64,000 nucleotides of DNA from Deltaproteobacteria bacterium (GTDB lineage Bacteria; Desulfobacterota; Binatia; UBA9968): NCBI GenBank assembly GCA_009692615.1, contig SHYW01000004.1, positions 8,273 through 72,272 on the forward strand, in the 5' to 3' direction. Below the pieces are notes generated by a model. That model did not search any database, was not told where the DNA came from, and saw only the letters and a program-made list of their open reading frames with translations. The translations under genes and the position numbers were made by a program. Below are positions 8,540-16,651 of this stretch, in pieces. The number at the start of each line of letters is the position of its first letter. Within the stretch, counting starts at the first letter, position 1.

Positions 8540-9343
8540 ATGCCCACCGACACCTGCTACTGGAAACACGAAATCCCCGCCGACCAAGCTTTTCCCTGCT
8601 ACGACGGCAAAAGCACAGTCTGTAGCCATTGCTGCGTCGAGCAGTGTCCCAAGGAAACGCCGCAATGGTTCGCCGCCTGCGCCCGCGCCGGCCATCCGAC
8701 CTGGCCTAGCGTCGATCAAGGCCAGCGCGTGTCGCGCAAACTGGTCGTGCTCGAATCTTACTGGGACAACCGTCTGTTTCAGACCATGTCGGTCAAAGGC
8801 TTCTTCGAATCCATGGGGCCGTTGCACGATCCGCCGTTGCAACTAGCGCACCGCTTCGTCGAATCCCAACGCGGCCTAGCACACTACACGCGATCGCCCG
8901 AAGGCCTTCTCTGGCGCGATCCCGCCGCCGCCGATGCGCCGATTTTCTACTTGGCATTTCACGGCGCGCCGAGCGAAGTCAAATCGGTCCTCGAATCCAT
9001 CGGCGCCCAAGAGCTGTGCGATGCCTTCCAAAACTTCGGCGTCAAACCCAACCTGGTTTACTTCGCCGCGTGCAGCGTGCTCAAAGGCCGCGCCGGCCGA
9101 CAGTTCGCCAAGAAATTTCTCGAAGCCTCCCGCTGCCGCGCGCTGCTCGGCTACACCACCAACGTCAACTGGATGCTCAGCCTGCTGACCGATATGCTTT
9201 TCCTACACCGCTTCTATCGCGACGACGATCCATGGAAAAACTTGCGCAAGATTTACCGCTCGGTGCTGAACGACTTCAAACCCGCCGAAGAAATTGGTTG
9301 GACATTAATCGAGAATCCGCGCAGCTTTAAGAAGCGCCGATAA
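8540..9343 (+). CDS. Hypothetical protein with an N-terminal Cys-rich (Zn-ribbon-like) module and a C-terminal domain carrying caspase/CHAT-like His (IFYLAFHGAP) and Cys (LVYFAACSV) motifs
   Basis: 267 aa with seven Cys in the first 50 residues. The pattern β-strand+HG ... β-strand+AC, spaced ~36 aa, follows an RKLVVLESYWDN strand. This is the layout of peptidase C14/CHAT catalytic dyads. No confident family assignment. Confidence 0.4.
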   Translation: MPTDTCYWKHEIPADQAFPCYDGKSTVCSHCCVEQCPKETPQWFAACARAGHPTWPSVDQGQRVSRKLVVLESYWDNRLFQTMSVKGFFESMGPLHDPPLQLAHRFVESQRGLAHYTRSPEGLLWRDPAAADAPIFYLAFHGAPSEVKSVLESIGAQELCDAFQNFGVKPNLVYFAACSVLKGRAGRQFAKKFLEASRCRALLGYTTNVNWMLSLLTDMLFLHRFYRDDDPWKNLRKIYRSVLNDFKPAEEIGWTLIENPRSFKKRR

Positions 9344-9394
9344 CTTGCTAAAACTGACGACAGCTAGAAGCACACGAGGTCACGATATAATTTT

Positions 9395-9428
9395 CTGTAG
9401 GGGCAGACCTGCGTGTCTGCCCTTCTCC
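9395..9428. repeat. hairpin repeat ctgtaggggcagacctgcgtgtctgccc
   Basis: A near-identical copy lies at 59855-59888. Related 'gtagggg-gac...gtc-ccc' hairpins lie at 15525 and 57465. Confidence 0.65.
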
Positions 9429-9448
9429 ATTCGAAGGACTGAATCATC

Positions 9449-10552
9449 ATGCTGAGAGCTGGAATCGTCGGTCTGCCCAACGTCGGCAAGTCGACACTGT
9501 TTAACGCCATCACGCGCACGCGCAAAGCCGAGGCGGCCAATTATCCCTTTTGCACCATCGATCCCAACGTCGGCATGGTCACCGTGCCGGACGCGCGGCT
9601 CTATGTCTTGCAGCAGATGGTCAAAACCAACGTGGTCATCCCGGCGGTGATCGAGTTCGTTGACATCGCTGGCCTGGTCAAAGGCGCCAGCCAAGGCGAA
9701 GGGCTCGGCAATAAATTTCTCACCCATATCCGCGAAGTCGACGCCATCGTCCAAGTTGTGCGCTGCTTCGAAGACGCCGACGTGCACCATGTCTCCGGCA
9801 ACATCGATCCGGTGCGCGACATCGAAGTCATCAACACCGAACTCATGCTCGCCGATCTCGAAACCGTGAAGAAGCGGCGCGAGCGCATCGCCAAGGAGAT
9901 CAAGCGCGGCGACAAAGCCGCCGCCGCCGAGGACGCCCTGCTGGTGAAAATCGAAACCGCCCTCGACGCTGGCAAGCCAGCTCTCACTGTCGAACTGACG
10001 CCGGAAGAACACGCCATGTCCGCGCAGTTTTTCCTGCTCTCCGACAAGCGCACGATCTTCGCCTGCAACGTCAAAGAGTCCGACTTGGCCACCGCCGATC
10101 AGAACAGCTACGTGCAAAAAGTGCGCGACTACGTGAAAACCCATCTCGCTTGCGAAGCGGTGGTGATCAGCGCGCAGATCGAGAGCGACCTCGTCGATCT
10201 CGAACCCGCCGACGCTGAAGCCTTTCTCAAAGAACTCGGCGTACAAGAAAGCGGCATCGGCGCGCTCATCCGCGCAACTTATCATCTGCTCGGGTTGCGG
10301 ACTTATCTCACCGCCGGCGAAAAAGAAGTGCGTGCCTGGACCATTCACGCCGGCGACACCGCCCCCAAAGCCGCCGGCGTCATCCACTCCGACTTCGAAC
10401 GCGGCTTCATCAAAGCCGAAACCGTTTCTTACGAGGACTTAGTTCAATGCGGCTCCGTCGCCGCGGCCCGTACGAAGGGCTTATATCGCATGGAAGGGAA
10501 AGAATACGTCGTGCAGGATGGGGATGTGATGTTGTTTAAGTTCAATGTTTAG
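9449..10552 (+). CDS. ychF: redox-regulated ribosome-binding ATPase YchF
   Basis: GIVGLPNVGKSTLFNAIT P-loop, NxxD, a TGS C-terminal domain and a characteristic ...GKEYVVQDGDVMLFKFNV end. Confidence 0.95.
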   Translation: MLRAGIVGLPNVGKSTLFNAITRTRKAEAANYPFCTIDPNVGMVTVPDARLYVLQQMVKTNVVIPAVIEFVDIAGLVKGASQGEGLGNKFLTHIREVDAIVQVVRCFEDADVHHVSGNIDPVRDIEVINTELMLADLETVKKRRERIAKEIKRGDKAAAAEDALLVKIETALDAGKPALTVELTPEEHAMSAQFFLLSDKRTIFACNVKESDLATADQNSYVQKVRDYVKTHLACEAVVISAQIESDLVDLEPADAEAFLKELGVQESGIGALIRATYHLLGLRTYLTAGEKEVRAWTIHAGDTAPKAAGVIHSDFERGFIKAETVSYEDLVQCGSVAAARTKGLYRMEGKEYVVQDGDVMLFKFNV

Positions 10553-10657
10553 TGAACAAGCTGAAAATGCGCAGCCGAAAGTAAATCCTGTTACGTTAAC
10601 CAGGGAGACCCATTAAGAATAGTCGCGTAAAGAAAGCAACAGAGCCAAATTCAATCC

Positions 10658-11074
10658 ATGAAGATTGCGCCTCAGAGTTTCTATGCAGCTATCGCTGCTG
10701 GCTGCGCCACGGTTTTGCCCTTGGTCGGGGTGCAATTAGTCGTTGATTATTTCGATTCACCCGCTAAAGGTCCGGATCGGGCAACAATGGCAGTGATCTT
10801 CCTAACGCCCATTATCATCTTGGGATTTGCAGCCTACTTTGTTGGAGTCAGGATATTACTTTCATTGCTTCGGCTCGATTCGCTTCGTACGGCATTGATC
10901 GTAAGCGCGCTCACTGTCGGCGTTCTAATAAGCTGGATGATTTTCAACGACCCGTCATCAAGCCCGAATACGTTCTGGGGATTTGTCGGACCTTCTTGCA
11001 TAGTTCTTACATCCCTCGTCGCGGGAACTTTTGTGTACGAGTGGGCGCGTCAACGTATTCATCCGAACTGGTGA
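10658..11074 (+). CDS. Hypothetical integral membrane protein (3-4 TM helices)
   Basis: 138-aa hydrophobic ORF with no recognisable family. It lies inside the insert bounded by the duplicated ychF 3' end. Confidence 0.45.
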   Translation: MKIAPQSFYAAIAAGCATVLPLVGVQLVVDYFDSPAKGPDRATMAVIFLTPIIILGFAAYFVGVRILLSLLRLDSLRTALIVSALTVGVLISWMIFNDPSSSPNTFWGFVGPSCIVLTSLVAGTFVYEWARQRIHPNW

Positions 11075-11115
11075 AATAGACCACAATACACATGACCGCT
11101 CACGTAGCGATGAAT

Positions 11116-11219
11116 GCGACTCCGTCACCGCCGCGCGCACCAAGGGCTTGTGCCGCATGGAAGGGAAAGAATATGTCGTGCAGGATGGGGATGTGATGTT
11201 GTTTAAGTTCAATGGGTAG
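11116..11219 (+). repeat. Duplicated copy of the ychF 3' end (direct repeat of 10450-10552)
   Basis: ~104 bp that align to the last 104 bp of ychF. The last 55 bp are near-identical and the first half is ~80% identical. It keeps the frame and a stop at the equivalent position (…RMEGKEYVVQDGDVMLFKFNG*). Confidence 0.8.
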
Positions 11220-11249
11220 TGCGCGCCTCGGTCGCGAACGGAAACGAAG

Positions 11250-11477
11250 ATGAAACAACGAAAACTCAAACTATTGGAAACCATCGCACTGCTTCAAGAC
11301 ATACCATCCCGCAAGCTGAAACGCGGCGAAGTTGGCACGGTAGAAGAAATCCTTGCGCCCAATTTTTACGAAGTTGAATTCTGTGATGACGAAGGGCAAA
11401 CCTACGCCGAACTGGCGTTACGCGGCATACAGATCATCCCGTTACATAACCAGAGCCCATTAAGAATTGTCGCGTGA
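11250..11477 (+). CDS. DUF4926 domain protein
   Basis: 75 aa with the pattern LKRGEVGTVEEILAPNFYEVEFCDDEGQTYAELAL, which matches the DUF4926 small β-protein family. Confidence 0.55.
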   Translation: MKQRKLKLLETIALLQDIPSRKLKRGEVGTVEEILAPNFYEVEFCDDEGQTYAELALRGIQIIPLHNQSPLRIVA

Positions 11478-11907
11478 GCAAAGAGGCCCACGACAGCTCC
11501 AATCTATAGAATTGGTATTATGCCCCCGGACCTTTGTCTCTTTCATTTTCCAAAACTGTGGCTACAATAGGTCCGTGGCTCGAGCACTCTCCCCGGATGA
11601 TGTTCTCTTTGAAGTTTTGAGTCCGCTTGGATTTCGTGTACGCGTCACACGCGGCTACTGGGAAGTCATCGTTTCGATCAAGCATCCGGTCATGGCGGGA
11701 CATGAACAGGATGTCAAAGAAACGCTTGAAACTCCCAGCGAGATTCGATTGAGCAAGAACGATTCGACAGTTCACCTGTTTTACCGGCAGAAAGAGATCG
11801 GACGATGGGTATGTGCTGTGGCCAAGCGTCTCGATGGTGAAGGCTTTCTGATTACAGCTTACCCAACCGACGCGATCAAAGAAGGAGAACAGATATGGCC
11901 CAAGTGA
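11467..11907 (+). CDS. DUF4258-like small protein. The start is uncertain; a GTG at 11575 would give 110 aa.
   Basis: The C-terminal ...HLFYRQKEIGRWVCAVAKRLDGEGFLITAYPTD resembles the DUF4258 end (…iiTvYrP). It overlaps the downstream DUF2283 gene by 13 nt. Confidence 0.4.
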   Translation: MSREQRGPRQLQSIELVLCPRTFVSFIFQNCGYNRSVARALSPDDVLFEVLSPLGFRVRVTRGYWEVIVSIKHPVMAGHEQDVKETLETPSEIRLSKNDSTVHLFYRQKEIGRWVCAVAKRLDGEGFLITAYPTDAIKEGEQIWPK

Positions 11908-12107
11908 AAGTTTTTTACGATGAAACCGGCAATACGCTCACCGTCTGGTTTGGCGATCCTGAGAGCGAGTACATCAGCGAGGAAACCGGTGAGGAAGTCA
12001 TCCTCATGAAGGACAAGGCTGGTCATGTCATCGGTTTTGAAAAGCTCAATTTCACGGTCGCCAAACCCAAGCATCTACAAGTGGCGTTCGAAACGGTAGG
12101 CGGCTAA
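11895..12107 (+). CDS. DUF2283 domain protein
   Basis: MAQVKVFYDETGNTLTVWFGDPESEYISEETGEEVILMKDKAGHVIGFEKLNF. The YDxEaDxLyi...gnivGiEil pattern is the DUF2283 signature. Confidence 0.65.
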   Translation: MAQVKVFYDETGNTLTVWFGDPESEYISEETGEEVILMKDKAGHVIGFEKLNFTVAKPKHLQVAFETVGG

Positions 12108-12332
12108 CGGAATTTTCACCCCGATGTGGTTCGCTACTGTCTCGTCTGTCAAGCCTGACACGGAATCAGTGGATGGCCGTATATCACTGCATGATCTTGC
12201 TTTAAGAATCACTAGAAACTTGTAGGTGCAAAAAATATAGACACGTCCGAACAGATACTCCGACAACTTCGTTGGATCAAGTGGTTAAACGCATTCATCG
12301 CGATCAGTTTCGCAGTAACTGCCGGCTCGTTT

Positions 12333-12647
12333 GTGTGGGTAAGCCTTGAGATGCCTCGCACCACATCCAACGCTGCTTATTCTGCCTCCTTTACGAACCA
12401 GGGCACAAACCTCTTAAACAAAGGCAAGGCAAAAGAAGTCATCCTGTTGGCAGAAGAACGCGAAAAGAAGTCTCCTATGGATCCGTACGTGTATTGGTTT
12501 CGGGGCAAAGCCTACTACCAATTAGGAGAGTATGATGCTGCGTTAAAAGATATACTTGTTGCGGACGAGATCTGCCCAGTGTGGCACGAAGAATATACCG
12601 GGCCTTTCATCAAGAGAATCAAAGAAAAACTTACTGAGAAGGGCTAG
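12333..12647 (+). CDS. Small TPR-like protein, possibly membrane-anchored if the start lies upstream
   Basis: GKAYYQLGEYDAALKDILVADEICP is a TPR-like helix pair. The upstream in-frame sequence encodes a hydrophobic helix but has no start codon. Low GC locally. Confidence 0.35.
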   Translation: MWVSLEMPRTTSNAAYSASFTNQGTNLLNKGKAKEVILLAEEREKKSPMDPYVYWFRGKAYYQLGEYDAALKDILVADEICPVWHEEYTGPFIKRIKEKLTEKG

Positions 12648-12753
12648 GAACGACGTCGTTGCACGTAACATTTGCGTGGGGCGGATGCCACGCAAACTCG
12701 GGCTGTTTTTCGATACATCTGTAACGACTCCGCTCACGCTAACGTTAGTTTTG

Positions 12754-14325
12754 CTAACCTTTCAATTCAAACTTCCCATCCTTATCCTGACCGATTTTCT
12801 CTTCTTCATACAACCGCGCCAGCGCACTCGCGACGGTCTTGTAATCCGCCTTGGGAAACTTATCCAAGAGATCGGCGAAGAAACAGTGCGACTTGCCGAG
12901 AGCCGCGACGATCTTCTCAACCAGTAATTCCACTGTTTCTGCTGACGTTGCATTGGCTTTTGCCTTTACCGTGACATCGGAAACGCCGACGTAATCGCTC
13001 AACTTAACCTTGCCCTGATTGAAATAAATGATCCGCTGGTACCGCTCGGCCGGAATATTTTCCGGGATCGTCGCGTCGATGCCCATCTTCGCTGTCGTCG
13101 GAACTTTGCCGTACAATGGCAGCGGCAAAGATGGATCGAGCGGCTTAGAGCGCGCGTTGGAGACGATGACGACATCGCGGTCGGCTTGCACGCGGGTCGC
13201 GACGGCCCACTCCACGTCGATGGGATCAAACACGTCGATATCGTCGTCGACGATGGTCACGTGTTTGATATCGGCGATGGACAAGAGCGCCATGATCGCG
13301 TTCTTGCCGTCGCCGGGAACTTTTTTGATCGACGCAATGATATGCCAGTGGCAACAGCCGCCGGGCGTGACGTTGATCCCAACCGTCTGCACGCCCGCTT
13401 CAGCCAATACGCGGCGCGCCGCGGCTTCGTAGATCGGCGCCGACATCCAGATATTTTCCCAAGGCATCTGCAGCGCGTAGTACATAGCGTCCTTGCGGTG
13501 CATGATCGACTTGATGCGCACTCTTGGATTCATGTGCATGCCGCCCATCAGGCGATTGAATTCGCTGAACGGCCCTTCGCTGTGCACCCAGCCTTCGGGG
13601 AGAATTTCTCCCTCTAAAACAATTTCGGCGTCGGCGATGCACGGCACCGGCACGGTTTCGCCGTCGGCGAGACGCAGCGGTTCGTTACGCAAGCCACCGG
13701 CGAAGGTCAGTTCGTTGACGCCGAGGTTGGCTTTGAATGTCGACGCGACCAATTCATACGGATGAGTGCCGATGGAGATGGAGATCGGCAGCGGTTTCTT
13801 TTTTGCCAAGGCGCGTTCGGCGAACTTGCGCATGTTGTTGGGCGTGACGATGTCGATGCCGGTGATGTTGCGCTCCTTGAGCATCAAGCGGTAGATGCCG
13901 GCGTTGATGCCGAAATCCGGGTCCTCGGCGATCACCACGCCGGCGGTGATCATCGGCCCGCCATCCATGATCGAAAACACCGGCACCGGCAGGTCGTAGA
14001 GATTTACTTTCTTGCCGGTATGAATGACTTCCTTCACCGGCGCGTTGGCGACGCGCTTCGGTTGGATCGGTTTGTCCATCGCTTTGCCGAGCTTGGCGCC
14101 GATGTTTTCATAGTCGACGCCCATGCCGAGCGCGATGCGCTTGCGCGATTGCAGCAGACCGGAAACCACCGGCATCGAATAGCCGGGCAAATTCCTAAAC
14201 AGCAGCGCCTTCTCCGACTGCGCCACCAATGCCGCCACGTCGCGCAGATCAACAGGTTTGGAAATCTCCAACAGCTCGTCGTTTTTTCTTAGCGTGTCGA
14301 TGTAATCGCGAAAGCTCGCTTTCAT
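12754..14325 (-). CDS. UbiD-family (prenylated-FMN-dependent) decarboxylase with a ~80-aa C-terminal extension
   Basis: 523 aa with UbiD signatures: ...EGPFSEFNRLMGGMHMNPRVRIKSIMHRKDAMYY..., IKHVTIVDDDIDVFDPIDVEWAVATRV and GIDAT. Confidence 0.9.
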   Translation of the reverse strand: MKASFRDYIDTLRKNDELLEISKPVDLRDVAALVAQSEKALLFRNLPGYSMPVVSGLLQSRKRIALGMGVDYENIGAKLGKAMDKPIQPKRVANAPVKEVIHTGKKVNLYDLPVPVFSIMDGGPMITAGVVIAEDPDFGINAGIYRLMLKERNITGIDIVTPNNMRKFAERALAKKKPLPISISIGTHPYELVASTFKANLGVNELTFAGGLRNEPLRLADGETVPVPCIADAEIVLEGEILPEGWVHSEGPFSEFNRLMGGMHMNPRVRIKSIMHRKDAMYYALQMPWENIWMSAPIYEAAARRVLAEAGVQTVGINVTPGGCCHWHIIASIKKVPGDGKNAIMALLSIADIKHVTIVDDDIDVFDPIDVEWAVATRVQADRDVVIVSNARSKPLDPSLPLPLYGKVPTTAKMGIDATIPENIPAERYQRIIYFNQGKVKLSDYVGVSDVTVKAKANATSAETVELLVEKIVAALGKSHCFFADLLDKFPKADYKTVASALARLYEEEKIGQDKDGKFELKG

Positions 14326-14398
14326 TATTTTTCTCCAGCGATAATTTCGACGAAACTTAACATGGCGACTAGGCTAATGCCATCGGTGACAGTGGGTC

Positions 14399-14428
14399 GG
14401 CAGGGGCGAAAACTCTTTCGCCCCTGCC
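14399..14428. repeat. perfect 13-bp-stem hairpin ggcaggggcgaaa-actc-tttcgcccctgcc in a divergent intergenic region
   Basis: Seen directly in the sequence. It lies between the divergently transcribed UbiD and LLM genes. Confidence 0.6.
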
Positions 14429-14448
14429 CATGAATATGCGCCGAGATG

Positions 14449-14477
14449 TTTCGCCGTAATTCCCCTTATGTTATAAT
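14449..14477 (+). promoter_or_regulatory. Possible sigma70-type promoter for the LLM gene (-10 tataat at 14472-14477, weak -35 tttcgc)
   Basis: TATAAT consensus lies 35 bp upstream of the ATG at 14512. The -35 is poor. Confidence 0.25.
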
Positions 14478-14511
14478 CGCTACGATCTGGTCATTGTGAA
14501 AGGCTTTATCC

Positions 14512-15510
14512 ATGGCTTCATTCGGCCTCACACTAGCGAATCGCGGCGTCATCATCGGCGCCGTGACGATTCAGCAATTATTCGATATGGCCAAGCGTGG
14601 CGAAGACTCGGGCGCGTTCAACGCGGTTTGGGTCGGCGACAGTTTGCTGGCGAAACCGCGCTTGGAATCCATCGCGCTCTTGTCCGCATTGGCGGTGGTC
14701 ACTAAGAAAGTAAAACTCGCCGTCGGCTGCATGGCGACCTTTCCCCATCGCCATCCGGCGCTGCTCGCGCAGCAATGGGCGAGCTTGGATGTGATCTCCG
14801 GCGGCCGCTCGTGGTTGGCGGTCTGTCTCGGCGGACCCAACGAACAAAGCCCGGCGCAAGCGTTGGAACATAAAGTCATGGGCATCAAGGACACCGAACG
14901 GGTCGGCCGGCTTGAAGAGGGCATCACCATCCTGCGCAAATTTTTCCACGAGGAAAAGGCGTCATTCAAAGGACGCTTCTACGAATTCGAAGGCGTGACC
15001 ATCCAACCTCGCCCGATACAAAATCCCCTGCCAATTTGGATCGCCAGCAATCCCACCGGCCTCACTTGGAAAGACGGCGCCAGCGCGCCTTCGCCCGCAG
15101 TCGAAAAAGGCTTACGCCGTGTCGCTAAATACGCCGACGGCTGGATGACCAACAAAGTCACGCCGGAGGAATTCAAATCCCAATGGAAGCACATCCTCGA
15201 GATGGCCAAGGAAGAAGGCCGCGATCCAACGAAGATCGGCAGCTCGCTTTACCACAACATCAACATCAACGAGAACCGCCAAGCGGCGTTGGACGAGAGC
15301 AAAGCGTTTCTCGACAAGTATTACACGTCCAACTTCAGCATGAAGTTCGTCGAAGGCTTCACCACCGCGGGCAGTCCGGCGCAGTGCATCGAAGAACTGA
15401 AAGCCTACTTCGCCGCCGGTATCGAACATATCACGCTGCGCATGACTTCCTGGGATCAAACCGGCCAGCTCAAACGATTTCTCGATGAAGTTGCGCCGGC
15501 GTTTAATTAA
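14512..15510 (+). CDS. LLM class flavin-dependent oxidoreductase (luciferase-like monooxygenase / F420-dependent family)
   Basis: 332 aa with a TIM-barrel LLM pattern (AVWVGDSLL, ...VISGGRSWLAVCLGG...). Confidence 0.85.
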   Translation: MASFGLTLANRGVIIGAVTIQQLFDMAKRGEDSGAFNAVWVGDSLLAKPRLESIALLSALAVVTKKVKLAVGCMATFPHRHPALLAQQWASLDVISGGRSWLAVCLGGPNEQSPAQALEHKVMGIKDTERVGRLEEGITILRKFFHEEKASFKGRFYEFEGVTIQPRPIQNPLPIWIASNPTGLTWKDGASAPSPAVEKGLRRVAKYADGWMTNKVTPEEFKSQWKHILEMAKEEGRDPTKIGSSLYHNININENRQAALDESKAFLDKYYTSNFSMKFVEGFTTAGSPAQCIEELKAYFAAGIEHITLRMTSWDQTGQLKRFLDEVAPAFN

Positions 15511-15524
15511 AATTGATGAACACG

Positions 15525-15595
15525 TGTAGGGGCGACCGGCGGTCGCCCTTGCCCTTACCCTCACCCCTGCCCTCTCCCATCGGAATGGGCGAGGG
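15525..15595. repeat. Palindromic REP/BIME-like element (tgtaggggcgaccggcggtcgccc + ccctcacccctgccctctcccatcggaatgggcgaggg)
   Basis: This hairpin pair is from the same family as 48647-48735 and 60951-61032. It reads through in frame as ...PLPLPSPLPSPIGMGEGE. Confidence 0.7.
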
Positions 15596-16607
15596 TGAAG
15601 AAAAGAAGAACAGGCCGAGTAACTCCGTTGAGACCAACAAGAAGCGAAATTTATTTTTCTACCTTGTCGCCGCCACTTCGTTACTTTTCGGCACCGCGTC
15701 GCCGCAAGCGCAAACCGAGCGCGTCACGCTCGGTTACCCGGCGACCGCGATGAGCCACTTTCCCGCTTTCGTCGGCCGCGAGTTTGGGCAATTCAAAGAT
15801 GAAGGACTCGACGTCCAGCTCGTGCGGGTGTCGGGCAACGTCGTCGTCGCGGCGCTGCTCTCTGGCGAGCTCGGTTACACCACCTCCGGCGACGGCACCA
15901 TTCGCTCGGCGGTCTTGGGATTGCCGATCAAAATGCTCGCCGCCATCGGCGTCAAACCGTCCTTGTCATTGATCGTGCGACCGGAAATCAAAACCGTCGC
16001 CGACTTGAAAGGCAAAGCCATCGCGATTTCCACGCCGGGAACGACGACGGACTTCACCGCCCGCGAGATCGTCAAACATTACGGCTTGAATCCCGATCGC
16101 GACATCACGACCATTGGCATGGGCGATCAACCCCAACGCATGGCCGCCATGCAGAGCTGCACCGCCGCCGGCGCCATCGTCACGCCGCCCAACGATCTCA
16201 AGGCCGAAGCTCAAGGATTTCGATTATTAGTATTTTCCGGCGATATCATGGAGGACAGCATTCTCGGCGTGCTCGGCACCAGCGAGCGGCGCATCAAAGA
16301 ACGGCCCGACCAAGTCAAAAAAATGGTCCGCGCCATCGTCAGATCGCTGATCTTCATCCGCCAACAGCCCGAGAAGGTGATCAACTTCGCCCAACGCTTT
16401 TGGAAACTCGACCGCAAGCAGGCGGAAAAAAGCTACGAGCTGATCGTCAAAACCATGAGCCGCGACGGCAGCGCCACCGACGCGGCGATGCAGGCGGCGA
16501 TCTATCAAGCCAAGGTAACGAGCAAGATTCAGAAAGATATTTCGCCGGCCCAAGCGGTCGATTTCAGCTTCCTTCAGCAAGTTCAACAAGAACTCAAGCT
16601 TCGCTAA
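15585..16607 (+). CDS. ABC transporter substrate-binding protein, NMT1/THI5-like (NitT/TauT/SsuA family), secreted
   Basis: The periplasmic-binding fold starts after the signal peptide KKRNLFFYLVAATSLLFGTASPQAQ. The only in-frame ATG before the signal peptide lies inside the repeat element (MGEGEEKK...). Confidence 0.75.
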   Translation: MGEGEEKKNRPSNSVETNKKRNLFFYLVAATSLLFGTASPQAQTERVTLGYPATAMSHFPAFVGREFGQFKDEGLDVQLVRVSGNVVVAALLSGELGYTTSGDGTIRSAVLGLPIKMLAAIGVKPSLSLIVRPEIKTVADLKGKAIAISTPGTTTDFTAREIVKHYGLNPDRDITTIGMGDQPQRMAAMQSCTAAGAIVTPPNDLKAEAQGFRLLVFSGDIMEDSILGVLGTSERRIKERPDQVKKMVRAIVRSLIFIRQQPEKVINFAQRFWKLDRKQAEKSYELIVKTMSRDGSATDAAMQAAIYQAKVTSKIQKDISPAQAVDFSFLQQVQQELKLR

Positions 16608-16651
16608 TCAGAAATTTACTTAACTACTATAAAGTCAGAAAGTTATTCCAA

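Noticed and set aside
9380-10387. 335-aa minus-strand ORF, and many similar long ORFs: 1244-1855, 3714-4430, 16643-17203, 20510-21344, 24108-25175, 44120-45442, 62886-63899
   Set aside because: They lie antisense to well-supported genes (ychF, TenA-like, racemase, VOC, permease, LLM, ALDH, SBP). Their translations are Arg/Ala/Gly-rich low-complexity sequence, typical of a high-GC genome. None has a family signature.
12108-12332. Low-GC 225-bp segment upstream of the TPR ORF as a possible small RNA or tRNA remnant
   Set aside because: It has no convincing secondary structure or promoter/terminator pair. The in-frame upstream sequence looks like a TM helix of the same ORF lacking a start codon, which suggests decayed coding sequence rather than an RNA gene.
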